Source: Octopus bimaculoides
Lineage: Eukaryota
Direction of reading: 5' to 3'
Assembly: GCF_001194135.2 (NCBI RefSeq)
Contig: NC_068990.1
Coordinates: 11,076,130-11,124,354, forward strand
Length of the DNA stretch: 48,225 nucleotides
The notes below the pieces were generated by a model. It was not told where the DNA came from, did no database searches, and saw only the letters and a list, made by a program, of their open reading frames with translations. Positions 1 to 11,760 of the stretch are shown here, piece after piece. The position numbers were made by a program, and so were the translations under genes. The stretch's first letter is position 1; each line of letters starts with the position of its first letter.

Positions 1-123
1 CACACAAATGAAGCCTAGGTGCTTCGCAACAAAATTATTTAAAAATTCCAACAAAATGTGGACAGTAAATGGTCAAATAAACGTTTACCTTCACAGCCGA
101 TGTGACAGCACGTCCATGAGAAG

Positions 124-179
<56 letters not shown>

Positions 180-188
180 GGATGGATG

Positions 189-251
<63 letters not shown>

Positions 252-276
252 GGATAGATAGATAGATAGATAGATG

Positions 277-318
<42 letters not shown>

Positions 319-320
319 GA
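124..320. repeat. (GATA)n tetranucleotide microsatellite, with a few GATG units
   Basis: Directly visible. It generates the LSIY-type ORFs 39..563 and 91..447. Confidence 0.98.
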
Positions 321-402
321 TAACTCCCTTATATATACGTATACATATATATATAGATAGAAAGAGAGATAGATAGATATAAACTCGCATGTATATATGT
401 GA

Positions 403-436
<34 letters not shown>

Positions 437-779
437 GTATCCCACATATATATGAAGCATAAGCATATAGTGCTCCATTACGATTACATCTGCATGGCTG
501 AAACGAATAAAGGAATAAAAGATATACATTCACAATACATACATACACATCAATATAAATCATGTAGAAACCGGCACAGACTTACACACCTTTTCACAGT
601 TATATTCATGTTGGACGTGCCCAGCCAACTGCATCTGATTAACGTTTATTCCATCACTTATTTCCTTCTAAAATTCTGCCAGTCAAAGAAACAACCTTTC
701 ACTAAATTGCTAAGGACGATATGATCCAAATATTCCCAAGGTGAATTTGAGAAATTGTAAATCTAGGAACACGCATCTC

Positions 780-830
780 TCTCTCTCCTGCCTTTCCCCC
801 CTTTCTCTCTCTCTCTCTTTCTCTCTGCAT

Positions 831-888
<58 letters not shown>

Positions 889-1500
889 ATGTGTATTTAT
901 TATATACATACGTGTATTATATGTATATATATGTATATATTATGTATATAAATGTATATGTGTATATATATATATATATATTATGTATATAAATATACAT
1001 GTATATATTTATTATATATATCTATTATATATATAAATATATACGTATATATATATATGNNNNNNNNNNNNNNNNNNNNNNNNNNNNNNNNNNNNNNNNN
1101 NNNNNNNNNNNNNNNNNNNNNNNNNNNNNNNNNNNNNNNNNNNNNNNNNNNNNNNNNNNNNNNNNNNNNNNNNNNNNNNNNNNNNNNNNNNNNNNNNNNN
1201 NNNNNNNNNNNNNNNNNNNNNNNNNNNNNNNNNNNNNNNNNNNNNNNNNNNNNNNNNNNNNNNNNNNNNNNNNNNNNNNNNNNNNNNNNNNNNNNNNNNN
1301 NNNNNNNNNNNNNGAGAGAGAGAGAGAGAGAGATATAGATATATATATATATAATTTTCTAAGTATATATATATTATATATATAAATATATATATGTTTA
1401 CATAGTATATTATATATATACGTATAATAATAATTATATACATATATATGTGTGTACGTATGCCTATATAAATACACACACGTGCACACGCACATATACT
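780..1500. repeat. Compound (CT)n/(AT)n/(GT)n low-complexity tract surrounding an assembly gap (about 1060-1313)
   Basis: Directly visible dinucleotide runs on both sides of the N run. Confidence 0.95.
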
Positions 1501-1759
1501 TGTTATATGCATAATTTAGTATATGAATATATTTTATTTGAGTATATTCACGCACTCGTGTGTGTGTGTATGTGTAGCAGTTTGTATGTATTTGCGTAAC
1601 GGTTAATATGTTCGATTGTACGTATCTATACCGTTATCCATATTGCTTCTATTGATGTGTGTGTGTGTGTGTGTGTGTGCGTGTGTGTGTGTATGTTTGA
1701 GTGAGTTCGCATATATGCTTATGTGAGAATTACTGGGAAAACGGAGTTAATGACAGAAG

Positions 1760-2230
1760 AAATTATCCAAAATCATTAGATGTTTACGGCACATCAACAC
1801 CTTGAATATCTTGACGTACGAGCTGAGTGTTAGAAATTCCTCTTGTAACTTATTACAATAGCATTTAAGATTGTTATGAAAAACATTTTGCAGACCCACT
1901 TCCACAAGTACCAGCTCTTTATCAATGATATCCTGTCAACTTACATAGATTTGGTGGCATTTCCGTATTCTTATCTGTATTCTCAGCTTGCTTTTGTTCC
2001 AGAAGCATCAGCTCTTCATTAGATAAACTTAATCCATGAGACATTAGCAAGTCAACCACACTACCTTCTATGGTTTCTGGAAACGCTAAAGCATTCGCAA
2101 GTATCACACAATCTTTCTGAATTTGATGTAGACATTTTGCTTATGTAAAACTTGTAAAATCACGGATAGAGTCTAACATAATATATTGTCCCATGCACCA
2201 TAAAGTCGTCCCAATTTATGCATCATATTG
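1760..2230 (-). mobile_element. pogo/Tigger-like DNA transposase C-terminal remnant
   Basis: The minus frame reads ...DSIRDFTSF...VILANALAFPETIEGSVVDLLMSHGLSLSNEELMLLEQ. This matches the Tigger C-terminal pattern (DFxGF...LAxxLGF.ev.e.dV.eLL.SH..eLtnEdL.eLEQ) and carries stops. Confidence 0.62.
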
Positions 2231-2279
2231 TATCTATGGGAAAGAAAATTCGAGAAGTTAACGGAATAATTTCATAAAC

Positions 2280-2930
2280 ATTGGGCATGGACATATCGAT
2301 ATTTCGATATCAGATCTTACCGAATATTCCACAATAAAATGAACATCCCATTTACTACAATAAGACGCTTATTTTTAATACGTAAGGAAACAAATAGGCA
2401 ATAGAATTGATAGAAATATATACCATACGAAACTAAATCCCTCCTGAAATTTAATAAAATCATTCCATTACCAAATGTAAAGAAATTCTAAACTCTGTCT
2501 TATTGAGAATCACTACCAATAATGATGAAGACGAAATCACAAATATAAATATTCCATTTTTAGTTACACAATCTTAGAAACCGCTTCACCTAAACGATAC
2601 TTTTCCAGGTCCACATCAAACATTGAATATCCGACAAATGATTAAAGAATCAAAAATTATCGACAGCCGCAGTCAGAAAACCCCTAGCAAAGACAACAAT
2701 CACATCGGAAAAATAAATAATGCAGTAAAAAGTATGTGGAGGCCCTGTGGAACGTGTGAAATATTATAATTGAAAAAAGAAACAAGTAGATTTAAGATGT
2801 GGAAGGAATTGAAGTTTAATGCAAAAATGAATTGCAAATAAAAAAGAATGTCATTCACTGCATCACAAACCTGCAATGAAATGAGAATTATATCGGCCAA
2901 ACGGAATCAGAATTTATATATCGTATTAGA
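2280..2930 (+). mobile_element. Penelope-like retroelement remnant, linker and GIY-YIG endonuclease start
   Basis: The plus strand reads RPCGTCEIL and NVIHCITNLQ*NENYIGQT. This fits the Cys pair plus NVIYxIxC..C...YIGQT motif of PLE GIY-YIG domains. Frameshifted and with stops. Confidence 0.7.
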
Positions 2931-3517
2931 ATAAAAAAACACAAGTCAAAGATTAATTCCTTAGAAATAGTCTATGAAGTGAAGATCTATTTATTTGTGC
3001 AAATGAAAATTTCAAAATATTTCCTTTTTGCAAAATAAAGTAAGAAAATTATGAACTGCAAGAAGAATAACAAAAACATTTTATGATAATTCGAAGACCG
3101 AATCTAAATCATAAATAGTGTGCACGGCTAAGAAATACAACTTGATCTATAAAGATTGCCTCATAATACGTGTGTGAAAAATTAAACAGAGAAACAACTT
3201 ACACACAATGCGAAAACTTCCCTCCAAAATGTTTTCGTCATTCTGTTTTTGTTTCCTGATTTTTGCTTAATTTAAAAATGTTTACTTTAATAAAAGTTTT
3301 TCTTCAAATATTATAACATCATTGTAAGCAGAAAATTCGTGAGAGAGAGAGAGAGAGAGAGATAGAGAGAGAGAGTGTGTGTATTAGTGTTATGTGTGCA
3401 TGTATATATGTATTTCTGCATTTATACATGTATGTCCAACCCATGTTAGCATGGAAAGCGGACGTTAAACGATGATGATGATGATGATGATATAAATATA
3501 CACGCACAATACAAATT

Positions 3518-3730
3518 AGGCGGTGAGCTGGCAGAAACGTTAGCCCGCCAGGCAAAATACTTACCGTTATTTCGTCTGGCGTTACGTTCTGAGTTCAAAT
3601 TCTGTCAAGGTCGACTTTGCTTTTCGAGGTCGATAAATAAAGTACCAGTTACGCACTGGGGTCGATGTAATCGACTTAATAGCTTGTTTTTTCCGCTCTA
3701 TGTTTTGCCCCTTGTGGGTAATAAAGAAAT
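3518..3730 (+). mobile_element. SINE family A (aggcggtgagctggcagaaacgttagc... with GTTCAAAT B-box)
   Basis: About 200-bp unit recurring about ten times in the window, with pol III-type A/B-box-like motifs. Confidence 0.88.
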
Positions 3731-4185
3731 GATATATAAATATATACACAAACATCTTTTTAATTTGTTTTGGGCAAATTCCTCAGAATGCGCTCCTGAA
3801 AATAACTATGCATTTTGTTGTCGGCTACCTTCTGCCATTTCCAACTTGCAAACTAATGATATTGGACGGTTATATATGAGGAACTCCTAACAGCTTACAA
3901 CAAATATAGTAGTAATGAAAATGAATTGTGGATGGAAAATTTTAGACACAATGTATTGCGACATGCGTTTCTGCATCCCACATATTTATCTGTGAAGACA
4001 TTTTCACATCCATATGTAATTATTAAATATTATTTATAATATCCATGAGTCTTAAGTATTCCTGCGTTGCATGTGTATGCTTCGTCACGCATTAACATTA
4101 ATGCTTTTTTTTTTTTTGGCTTGTCCGATTTTTACACCTATAGACAACTACCATTTTACATTAATCAGGAAGCTCCGTTAAAGTT

Positions 4186-4310
4186 TTGGGCGTTACTTGT
4201 GAATCATCGCTTGTCAAGGAGAGGCAAAGACCAATAAGAAAAAGAAAAAACATTGGGCGTTACTGGTGGCTCATCACTGCAAAGTAAGAGAAAGAAAGAA
4301 GGACCATGAA
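4186..4310. repeat. Diverged tandem duplication, period 67 bp
   Basis: ttgggcgttact(t/g)gtg..tcatc.ct occurs at 4186 and again at 4253. Confidence 0.75.
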
Positions 4311-4680
4311 GACATATTAGATTTGACCGCAGGAATTCAGAACGCCTCCATACCCCGTGTGTTTCTCTACTAATTGAAGAGACATGTCAATAATAAAACA
4401 AAGGTTCAGTTTGACATTATCAGTTTAGGAACAATATACGAAGTCACCACAGAGGATAAAGTTCACATTAAGAGCGGTGTAATTAATTATATTTCATTGT
4501 CTCCTGCTATGCTGCTAACCACTATCTTCTTAAGGGGGTGTACAGTCAGTTCACAGTTCTTGTGTCTCATTAATCGATAGTCCCATTTGTTTTGGCTTTT
4601 TTTTTGTTATGTTTATAAATTTACCTCTATTTTTTGCTCGTTTAACATATATTTCAGTGAGATAATATATTACACATACA

Positions 4681-4882
4681 AGGCGGTGAGATGGCAGAAA
4701 CTTTACCGGGCAAATTGCTTAGCGGTATTTCGTTTGTCTTTATGTTTTGAGTTCAAATTCGGCCGAGCTCAGCTTTGCCTTTCATCTTTTCGGGGTCGAT
4801 AAATTAAGTACTAGTTGCGTACTGGGGTTGATCTAATCGACTGGCCCCATTCCCCAGGCCTTGTACTTAGAGTAGAAAAGAA
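4681..4882 (+). mobile_element. SINE family A, full-length copy
   Basis: Same head (aggcggtgagatggcagaaac), gagttcaaattc box and gagtagaaaagaa tail as the other copies. Confidence 0.88.
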
Positions 4883-5263
4883 TATATTAGACTTCCATTA
4901 GAATGCATATGAGTTACACCGGTATCCGTGATAGTTATAATCCACGATGTCCATATGAGTTTGCAATAACATTATTCCATATTCTGGATCTTCACACGCC
5001 CACCTACATACTTGTTTCGGGTAGCATCCAGTATTATTTGTTTTGAAGTAGGTTTTTTTTCAAATTCCATGAAAGAATTGTGATTCTATGGTTACACGAT
5101 AAAACTATTTCTGAGTGTTTTTCTGAGTGACCATTAATCCTTTACAGAGAATACTTTCTAGTGTTTCTTCTAAGCATAGGTCGCAGACTCGGGAGATTTT
5201 ATTGTAGAGGTTAGCATTTTGTGGTATGAACTATTTTGATGTATATTCCTTTACCCGTTGTTT

Positions 5264-5342
5264 TAATCTCCAGATGAGATTTGTTGAGGTGCAATGACTC
5301 TTATTTTAATCAGAAAAATATGCGATGTTTTCTTAGGCGATG

Positions 5343-5434
<92 letters not shown>

Positions 5435-5511
5435 CATCGCCTAAGAAAACATCGCATATTTTTCTGATTAAAATAAGAGTCATTGCACCTCAACAAATCT
5501 CATCTGGAGAT

Positions 5512-5513
<2 letters not shown>
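5264..5513. repeat. Perfect 250-bp palindrome: 81-bp arms (5264-5344 and 5433-5513) around (AT)44
   Basis: The arms are exact reverse complements. The ORF track shows the same peptide on both strands. Confidence 0.97.
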
Positions 5514-5543
<30 letters not shown>

Positions 5544-5544
<1 letters not shown>

Positions 5545-5709
5545 ATACGACGGGCTTCCTTTCAGTTTCCATCCACCAAATCCACTTACAAGGATATGTT
5601 GGCCCGAGGCTCTAGTAGAAGACACTTGCCTAAAGTGCCACGCAGTGGGGACTGAACACGGAAACATGTGGTTGGAAAGCAAGCTTCTTACCACACAGCC
5701 AACCTGCAC
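5544..5709 (-). mobile_element. SINE family B (gctgtgtggtaag...gttcagtcccactgcgtggcac...gaaagaagcccgtcgtata)
   Basis: tRNA-like head and a microsatellite tail. Homologous copies at 24500, 30190 and 48040. Confidence 0.88.
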
Positions 5710-7566
5710 TTTTATGTTAAAAATTTCATAGTATCTACTCAACCTAGGAAAATATTTATCTGATGCAGAGAAGAATTCACGTACGATTCTGAGTCCAGTC
5801 TGTAATCCATGTTGGATTAACCAGATTATGTCTATTTTTCTATTTTGTTTATTGTATCAGTTTGGCTTATTTATGTATGTTATTCTCATATCTACTCCCC
5901 GTTTGGTATTTTCATCTGTTCTGTCCATCTTTTTTCTAGCGTCTTTACAGTGGTGTCCATTAGTTTTGATTTTAACCCCACCCCCCACCCCCGCACTACC
6001 CATTCCCAACATAGTCACTATCTTATTCACTCTATTTTAGGTTTGCTCTTTTCTTAGGCTATTATTATTAATTCTGCCTTTAATTTCATATCCTCATTTT
6101 AATCGGTTGTTATATCATTCGGTAAATATTTTATTGTATCCGTATATACTTCCCTGGATAGTGATGTGTTGTAGTATTCTGATTGGTCATTAAATTTCGT
6201 TTCATCGGCGAAGAGTCTAGATATTCTGTCGGCCACACTTTTTGTAGTACTCCAATGTATTGATACGGGGTGATTTGATTCCTTAGTAACGTATGTCAAG
6301 TTTCCATTTTGTTTATAGAATGTTTCGAATTTTTTCAAGTTCAGGTTCAGTTTCACTGCTAAGAAGTTTACTACTCTATAATCTTTTTCGATTGTTATAG
6401 ATAGACCTAATTTTTTGGAAGAATTATAAAACATTTTTCCTGTTTCTCTCCATTTCTATATTGCTACTTTTTTTCTAATATGGACAATGCGTCATCCCTC
6501 TATAAACCCCACTATCTAATTTTGAAAACTATGACTCAATCGGAAGAGTATGTATATCCCGACGAGATCTGTTACTCGTGCTGAGTCGCTTGGTCCTATC
6601 AGTATGTCAATACATTCGCTCCTATCGGAGCTAGCCAATAGTATTCTCCCGTATTCAGTTATCGTGCTCTATGCTGCTAATATTAAGTCTATTTCCTCCC
6701 TAGATAGGCCAGAGTTGCTTTTTGCAAATAAAAATACTTCGATTAATACTACTGTGTTTATCGATGTGTAATAGTTAGTTATATCGAACTATGTCAATTT
6801 ACTATGTTTTATTCTCTAACACATTAAACCTAAATCTAATTACATCTGTCGTGCATGAACATAATTTGAGCTCAGTCATAGATAACAATGTTGGTATTAC
6901 TCCGTCTATTATTGTTTTGCTTACCATACATGTATCCGATTTAGATGAACATATGAGCCTCACTGTAGGGTTGTTCTCGACATTTTCGTTGTGGTACTCA
7001 AGGTTTAATTTAGACGCCCTTGATGTGTAAAGACTAGTTCTATCCTCTATTCCTAATTTATTAACTATTTCGAGTTCCTTCTTGATAATCTTATTTAATG
7101 TTTCATTAGATGTGTGTTTGTAATTGCTGTGTAATTGTTTAGTTGTACCTTCCCTCCATATTTCAATATTAACATTATAAAGATCATCGGTACTGGTATC
7201 CCTGTTGCATTCTCAAAGGTCTTCATTACCTCGTTGAACCTTTTTTGATGTTAGTTGTATTTCCTTGTGGATTTTCTCAATCTAATGTATTTTATACAGT
7301 TCTTCAAAGGATTCTAAAATCTTATTTGCCGGTGGATTTCTAAGTGATTTAAATTCCCTCTTCAGATTTTCCTTGAACTCTTTGTTATTGTTACTCGTGT
7401 CAGTTTTCCTGTCGAAAAAATATGTCCTCCATTTTATTCTGTTTATGAATGCACTTACGTCTTCGGTCAGTTATTTGATATATTCTCTTCTGCTAAGTAT
7501 CGGCACGTCCTTAAGTTATTCGTCCAGTTTGATATTTATGGTTTTTAGATGATAGGCCTCTATTGG

Positions 7567-7752
7567 TTACTTCAGGTTACGTGGTGTAAATGCTGTGGAA
7601 GCAATGCCAATTCCTTTCCTTATATCTGCACCCAGGTGGTAGGATAGGTTGTCGCCACTCTGATGGCAGACTGTGGTGTTTAGGGATATCAGCTCATTGT
7701 ATTTGATACCATATATGTTAAGGCGTGGTGCCGTCGCAGTTAAATAACTCAA
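7567..7752 (-). mobile_element. Possible small RTE-type RT fragment
   Basis: LSYHLGADIRKGIGIASTAF loosely resembles the RTE motif ...D.dI..RIgkAs.AF. The match is short and degenerate. Confidence 0.35.
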
Positions 7753-7964
7753 TCGTCATTCGATGTCTCAAATTCGACACATCCGATATCGAATTAGATG
7801 GGTTAGTCATACACGCTCACAAAACCTTAAGTTGTATGGAGCTGAGTCTGACTTATTAAAGAATATATGTTACTCCTAACATATATCGCTGACATCCATT
7901 TTTTCGTGTGTGTGTGCGTGTGTTTGTGTTTGTGTGACTGTGTGTGCACTCACTCGTATAATCC

Positions 7965-8019
<55 letters not shown>

Positions 8020-8506
8020 TATATGTTTCTCTTTATATGGATATAAAATATGCATGATACATTAATGCGCGAAAAATGTTTATTTTATATACCTGTCAGA
8101 TCCCATGATAAATGACTTTATAAGGCCATTAATCAGGAAGTCTCTCACCCAACATTTACTCTGCTATCTGTCTCATCACATTTTATGTAGATCCCCACCC
8201 CGCCATCTTATATCAAATATAAATTACTTCCTTGAGTTAATACAGTACAGTTGCTCACCATCTTACGCTGTTTGATTCTTTCAAAAAATATGCCTGGAAT
8301 CCTAATAATGTTGCGTTCAAAAGACATACATGTCTGACGAAAGGAAAATAGTTCTTTAATATGTATTTTACATTATGCAATTTATAGTAATCTTGATTTT
8401 ATGAAACGTACGTAAGGTGGTGTGAATAATATATATTCAAAAAGGCAAACACTCAAGCTGTTATGTGAAATGTACGTGTGGATTTTTGTACGTGCGTGTG
8501 TGTGTG

Positions 8507-8542
<36 letters not shown>

Positions 8543-8551
8543 TCTGTGTAT

Positions 8552-8615
<64 letters not shown>

Positions 8616-9254
8616 ACACAACACACATACATACATTTCATAAAGAAGTATGAGTGATTGATTTTTTTGAATATATTATTTACAGCACNNNNNNNNNNNN
8701 NNNNNNNNNNNNNNNNNNNNNNNNNNNNNNNNNNNNNNNNNNNNNNNNNNNNNNNNNNNNNNNNNNNNNNNNNNNNNNNNNNNNNNNNNNNNNNNNNNNN
8801 NNNNNNNNNNNNNNNNNNNNNNNNNNNNNNNNNNNNNNNNNNNNNNNNNNNNNNNNNNNNNNNNNNNNNNNNNNNNNNNNNNNNNNNNNNNNNNNNNNNN
8901 NNNNNNNNNNNNNNNNNNNNNNNNNNNNNNNNNNNNNNNNNNNNNNNNNNNNNNNNNNNNNNNNNNNNNNNNNNNNNNNNNNNNNNNNNNNNNNNNNNNN
9001 NNNNNNNNNNNNNNNNNNNNNNNNNNNNNNNNNNNNNNNNNNNNNNNNNNNNNNNNNNNNNNNNNNNNNNNNNNNNNNNNNNNNNNNNNNNNNNNNNNNN
9101 NNNNNNNNNNNNNNNNNNNNNNNNNNNNNNNNATATACACATACGTATATATATATGTATATATATGTATATATATATATATATATAAATATATATATAA
9201 TATATACATATATGTGTGTGTGTGTATGTATGTATGTATGTATGCATGTATGCT

Positions 9255-9458
9255 TGTGTGTCTGTGTTTCTTCCCCCAACATAGCTTGATAACCGATGCT
9301 AGTGTGCTCATATCCCTGTAACTTAGCAGCTCCGCAAAATACACCGATAGAATAAGTACCGAAAGAATAAGTCGTGGGGTCGATTTGCTCGGCTAAAGGC
9401 GGTGTTTCAGCATGGCCGCAGTCAAATGATTGAAACAAGTAAAAGAATAAAAGAATAA
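9255..9458 (-). mobile_element. SINE family C (cttgtttcagtcatttgactgcggccatgctg...ctaagttac...acaaacacagacac plus (CA)n tail)
   Basis: Homologous to the copies at 25150, 30860 and 46731. Confidence 0.88.
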
Positions 9459-9779
9459 CAGAATATACATATACTTGTAGGCATATATCTGAAAGTTGGT
9501 GTATATGTACCAATGAATCTTTCTATGTAAATGTATTTCTATGTACTTTTATATCCTCATGTTTTTTTTTTCTGTGTATGCCTGTGTAAGCGTAAACATA
9601 TACATACATAGTATTTTTGGCACTATCTGCGTCTACGCAGTGTAGGTGGGTGTGCGTGTGTGTGCTTAGATATACTCGAATATGTGGGCGTGTATTTCTT
9701 TCTGTATTTGTATGGAGATATATATTTATCAACATCGCTTTGTCACCCCACCTCACCAGTCTTTTTATTTACAAACATA

Positions 9780-9830
<51 letters not shown>

Positions 9831-10160
9831 GCACACACACACACGCTGTTATCTGTAAGATATCTCCCCACTTCTTCCCTCCTCTCTCCTGCCCTCCATC
9901 CTCTCAGGTTGATAATTGAAAATTGTTAATCTGGCTAAGATCCTCATGTAGAAAAGCATTTATTGATCTTCGGGAACGTTTTTCTGCTTCTGTTCCTCTT
10001 TTTATTATTTTTGTTTCTCTTCTCTGTCCTCTCTTCCTCATTGTCCCCGTTGTCTTGCGTTTTGTTTCTTTAAGTCTATCTCTATTCCGTGAGCATGTTT
10101 TTCTCGTCTTCTTTGCGTCTTTTCGCTTCTCCTCGTTGGCGGCGTTCTACATATACCAAT

Positions 10161-10209
<49 letters not shown>

Positions 10210-10211
<2 letters not shown>

Positions 10212-10226
10212 GATAGATAGATCGAG

Positions 10227-10310
<84 letters not shown>

Positions 10311-10322
10311 CGATAGATAGAT
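10210..10322. repeat. (GATA)n microsatellite following (AT)n
   Basis: Directly visible. Confidence 0.97.
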
Positions 10323-10898
10323 AAAATTATCTTATTCTCTTTCTGGGAAAGGTCTTCTTCTAGTCGTTGAAATCTTGAAATCATTTCCTATGTGGATATT
10401 TTCCCAAATAAAATTACATTTCATGTTTGAAGCTCCGATGAAGCTATTGATTGATAAACACGCATTCAACTTTGAGTGCATTGCATCTTGTAGCAGAAAC
10501 AGCTGTGCGCTAATGAAGACCATGACATAATTTCTAATACATTTGTCATTCTAATTACTGATGTGTGTATGTGTGTGTATGCGTGCGTGTGGGGTGTTGT
10601 ATGTGTGTGTGTGTGTGTGTGTGCAATGGCACATACATAACCGTACAAGCACACACACACACATCACTTACAGTTACATTGGTTACATTGTGAAATACTC
10701 GAAAGTGTCTTCAGAACTAACTGAAGCTCTTATATTCACTTCGCTTTATAATCATATTATGCCGTATATATATCTAAGTGATAAAGATACTTCATAGTAC
10801 AACTACCACCTGATCACTACCAGTCCTACGTATATACATGAAATCATATGCATATATTCCTAGGTATATACATATACACATACTCACACACACGCACT

Positions 10899-10936
<38 letters not shown>

Positions 10937-11157
10937 NNNNNNNNNNNNNNNNNNNNNNNNNNNNNNNNNNNNNNNNNNNNNNNNNNNNNNNNNNNNNNNN
11001 NNNNNNNNNNNNNNNNNNNNNNNNNNNNNNNNNNNNNNNNNNNNNNNNNNNNNNNNNNNNNNNNNNNNNNNNNNNNNNNNNNNNNNNNNNNNNNNNNNNN
11101 NNNNNNNNNNNNNNNNNNNNNNNNNNNNNNNNNNNNNNNNNNNNNNNNNNNNNNNNN

Positions 11158-11202
<45 letters not shown>

Positions 11203-11760
11203 ACTTACACTCTCATACGCTCACAAACACATAGACTCATGGTATATGAATATATTTATTCGTGTATATAATTTTAAAATATTTTACACTTTGTTATTCA
11301 TACAAAATGATCTCACCTTTTATCTTTCTAAACGACTCTTTTATCTATTTTCTCTGTGTGCTTTTGAAGCAAATATAGGAAAAAATATTAATATTTTATT
11401 ATTCCTATTAAGGGATGCGTCTGAACAGAAATTATATCTGTGTTTATTGAAGGGCTGCTCTGCATTTAGTAACGTCTCTCTATGTCCTGATTTCAAATCG
11501 CACTTGATTCGATTTCTTTACATCAATGCGGCATGAGCTAAGATAAATAACTGCGTTATATTCTGGATATTCAGTCAATACGCAGCTACACTTCTTAAAT
11601 TTTCGTGATCGGTTTTTAGAAATGGTGAAGAAAAGCGATGGAATATATTTTTAAAGATTTATCTCTATCATTTCACATTCTGACAAATTTTGCTGCGATC
11701 TCCCATTTATTTCCACTTACTGAGCTTGAATGGATCAAGTATGCTTATTTTCACAAAATA

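Larger units (their letters stand above)
5050..7560 (-). mobile_element. Decayed Penelope-like retroelement (RT, thumb, linker, C-terminal endonuclease end), interrupted by a SINE and an (AT)n palindrome
   Basis: Minus-strand motifs in the expected order: HNENVENNPTVRLICSSKSD (~6990-6935); IGPSDSARVTDLVGIYIL (~6600-6545); frameshifted YR-DD (~6500); thumb LGLSITIEKDYRVVNFLAVKLNL...YVTKESNHP (ORF 6099..6434); linker KIDIIWL...REFF...DKYFPRLSRYYEIFN (~5840-5715); C-terminus NLIWRLK...ANLYNKISRVCDLCLEE (~5290-5160). Confidence 0.88.

Noticed and set aside
6550-7030. Plus-strand ORFs 6550..6771 and 6791..7030
   Set aside because: They are antisense to the Penelope RT motifs.
11317-11420. Minus segment with good acceptor and AAG|GTGAGA donor
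   Set aside because: All frames contain stops and the sequence is low-complexity AT-rich.
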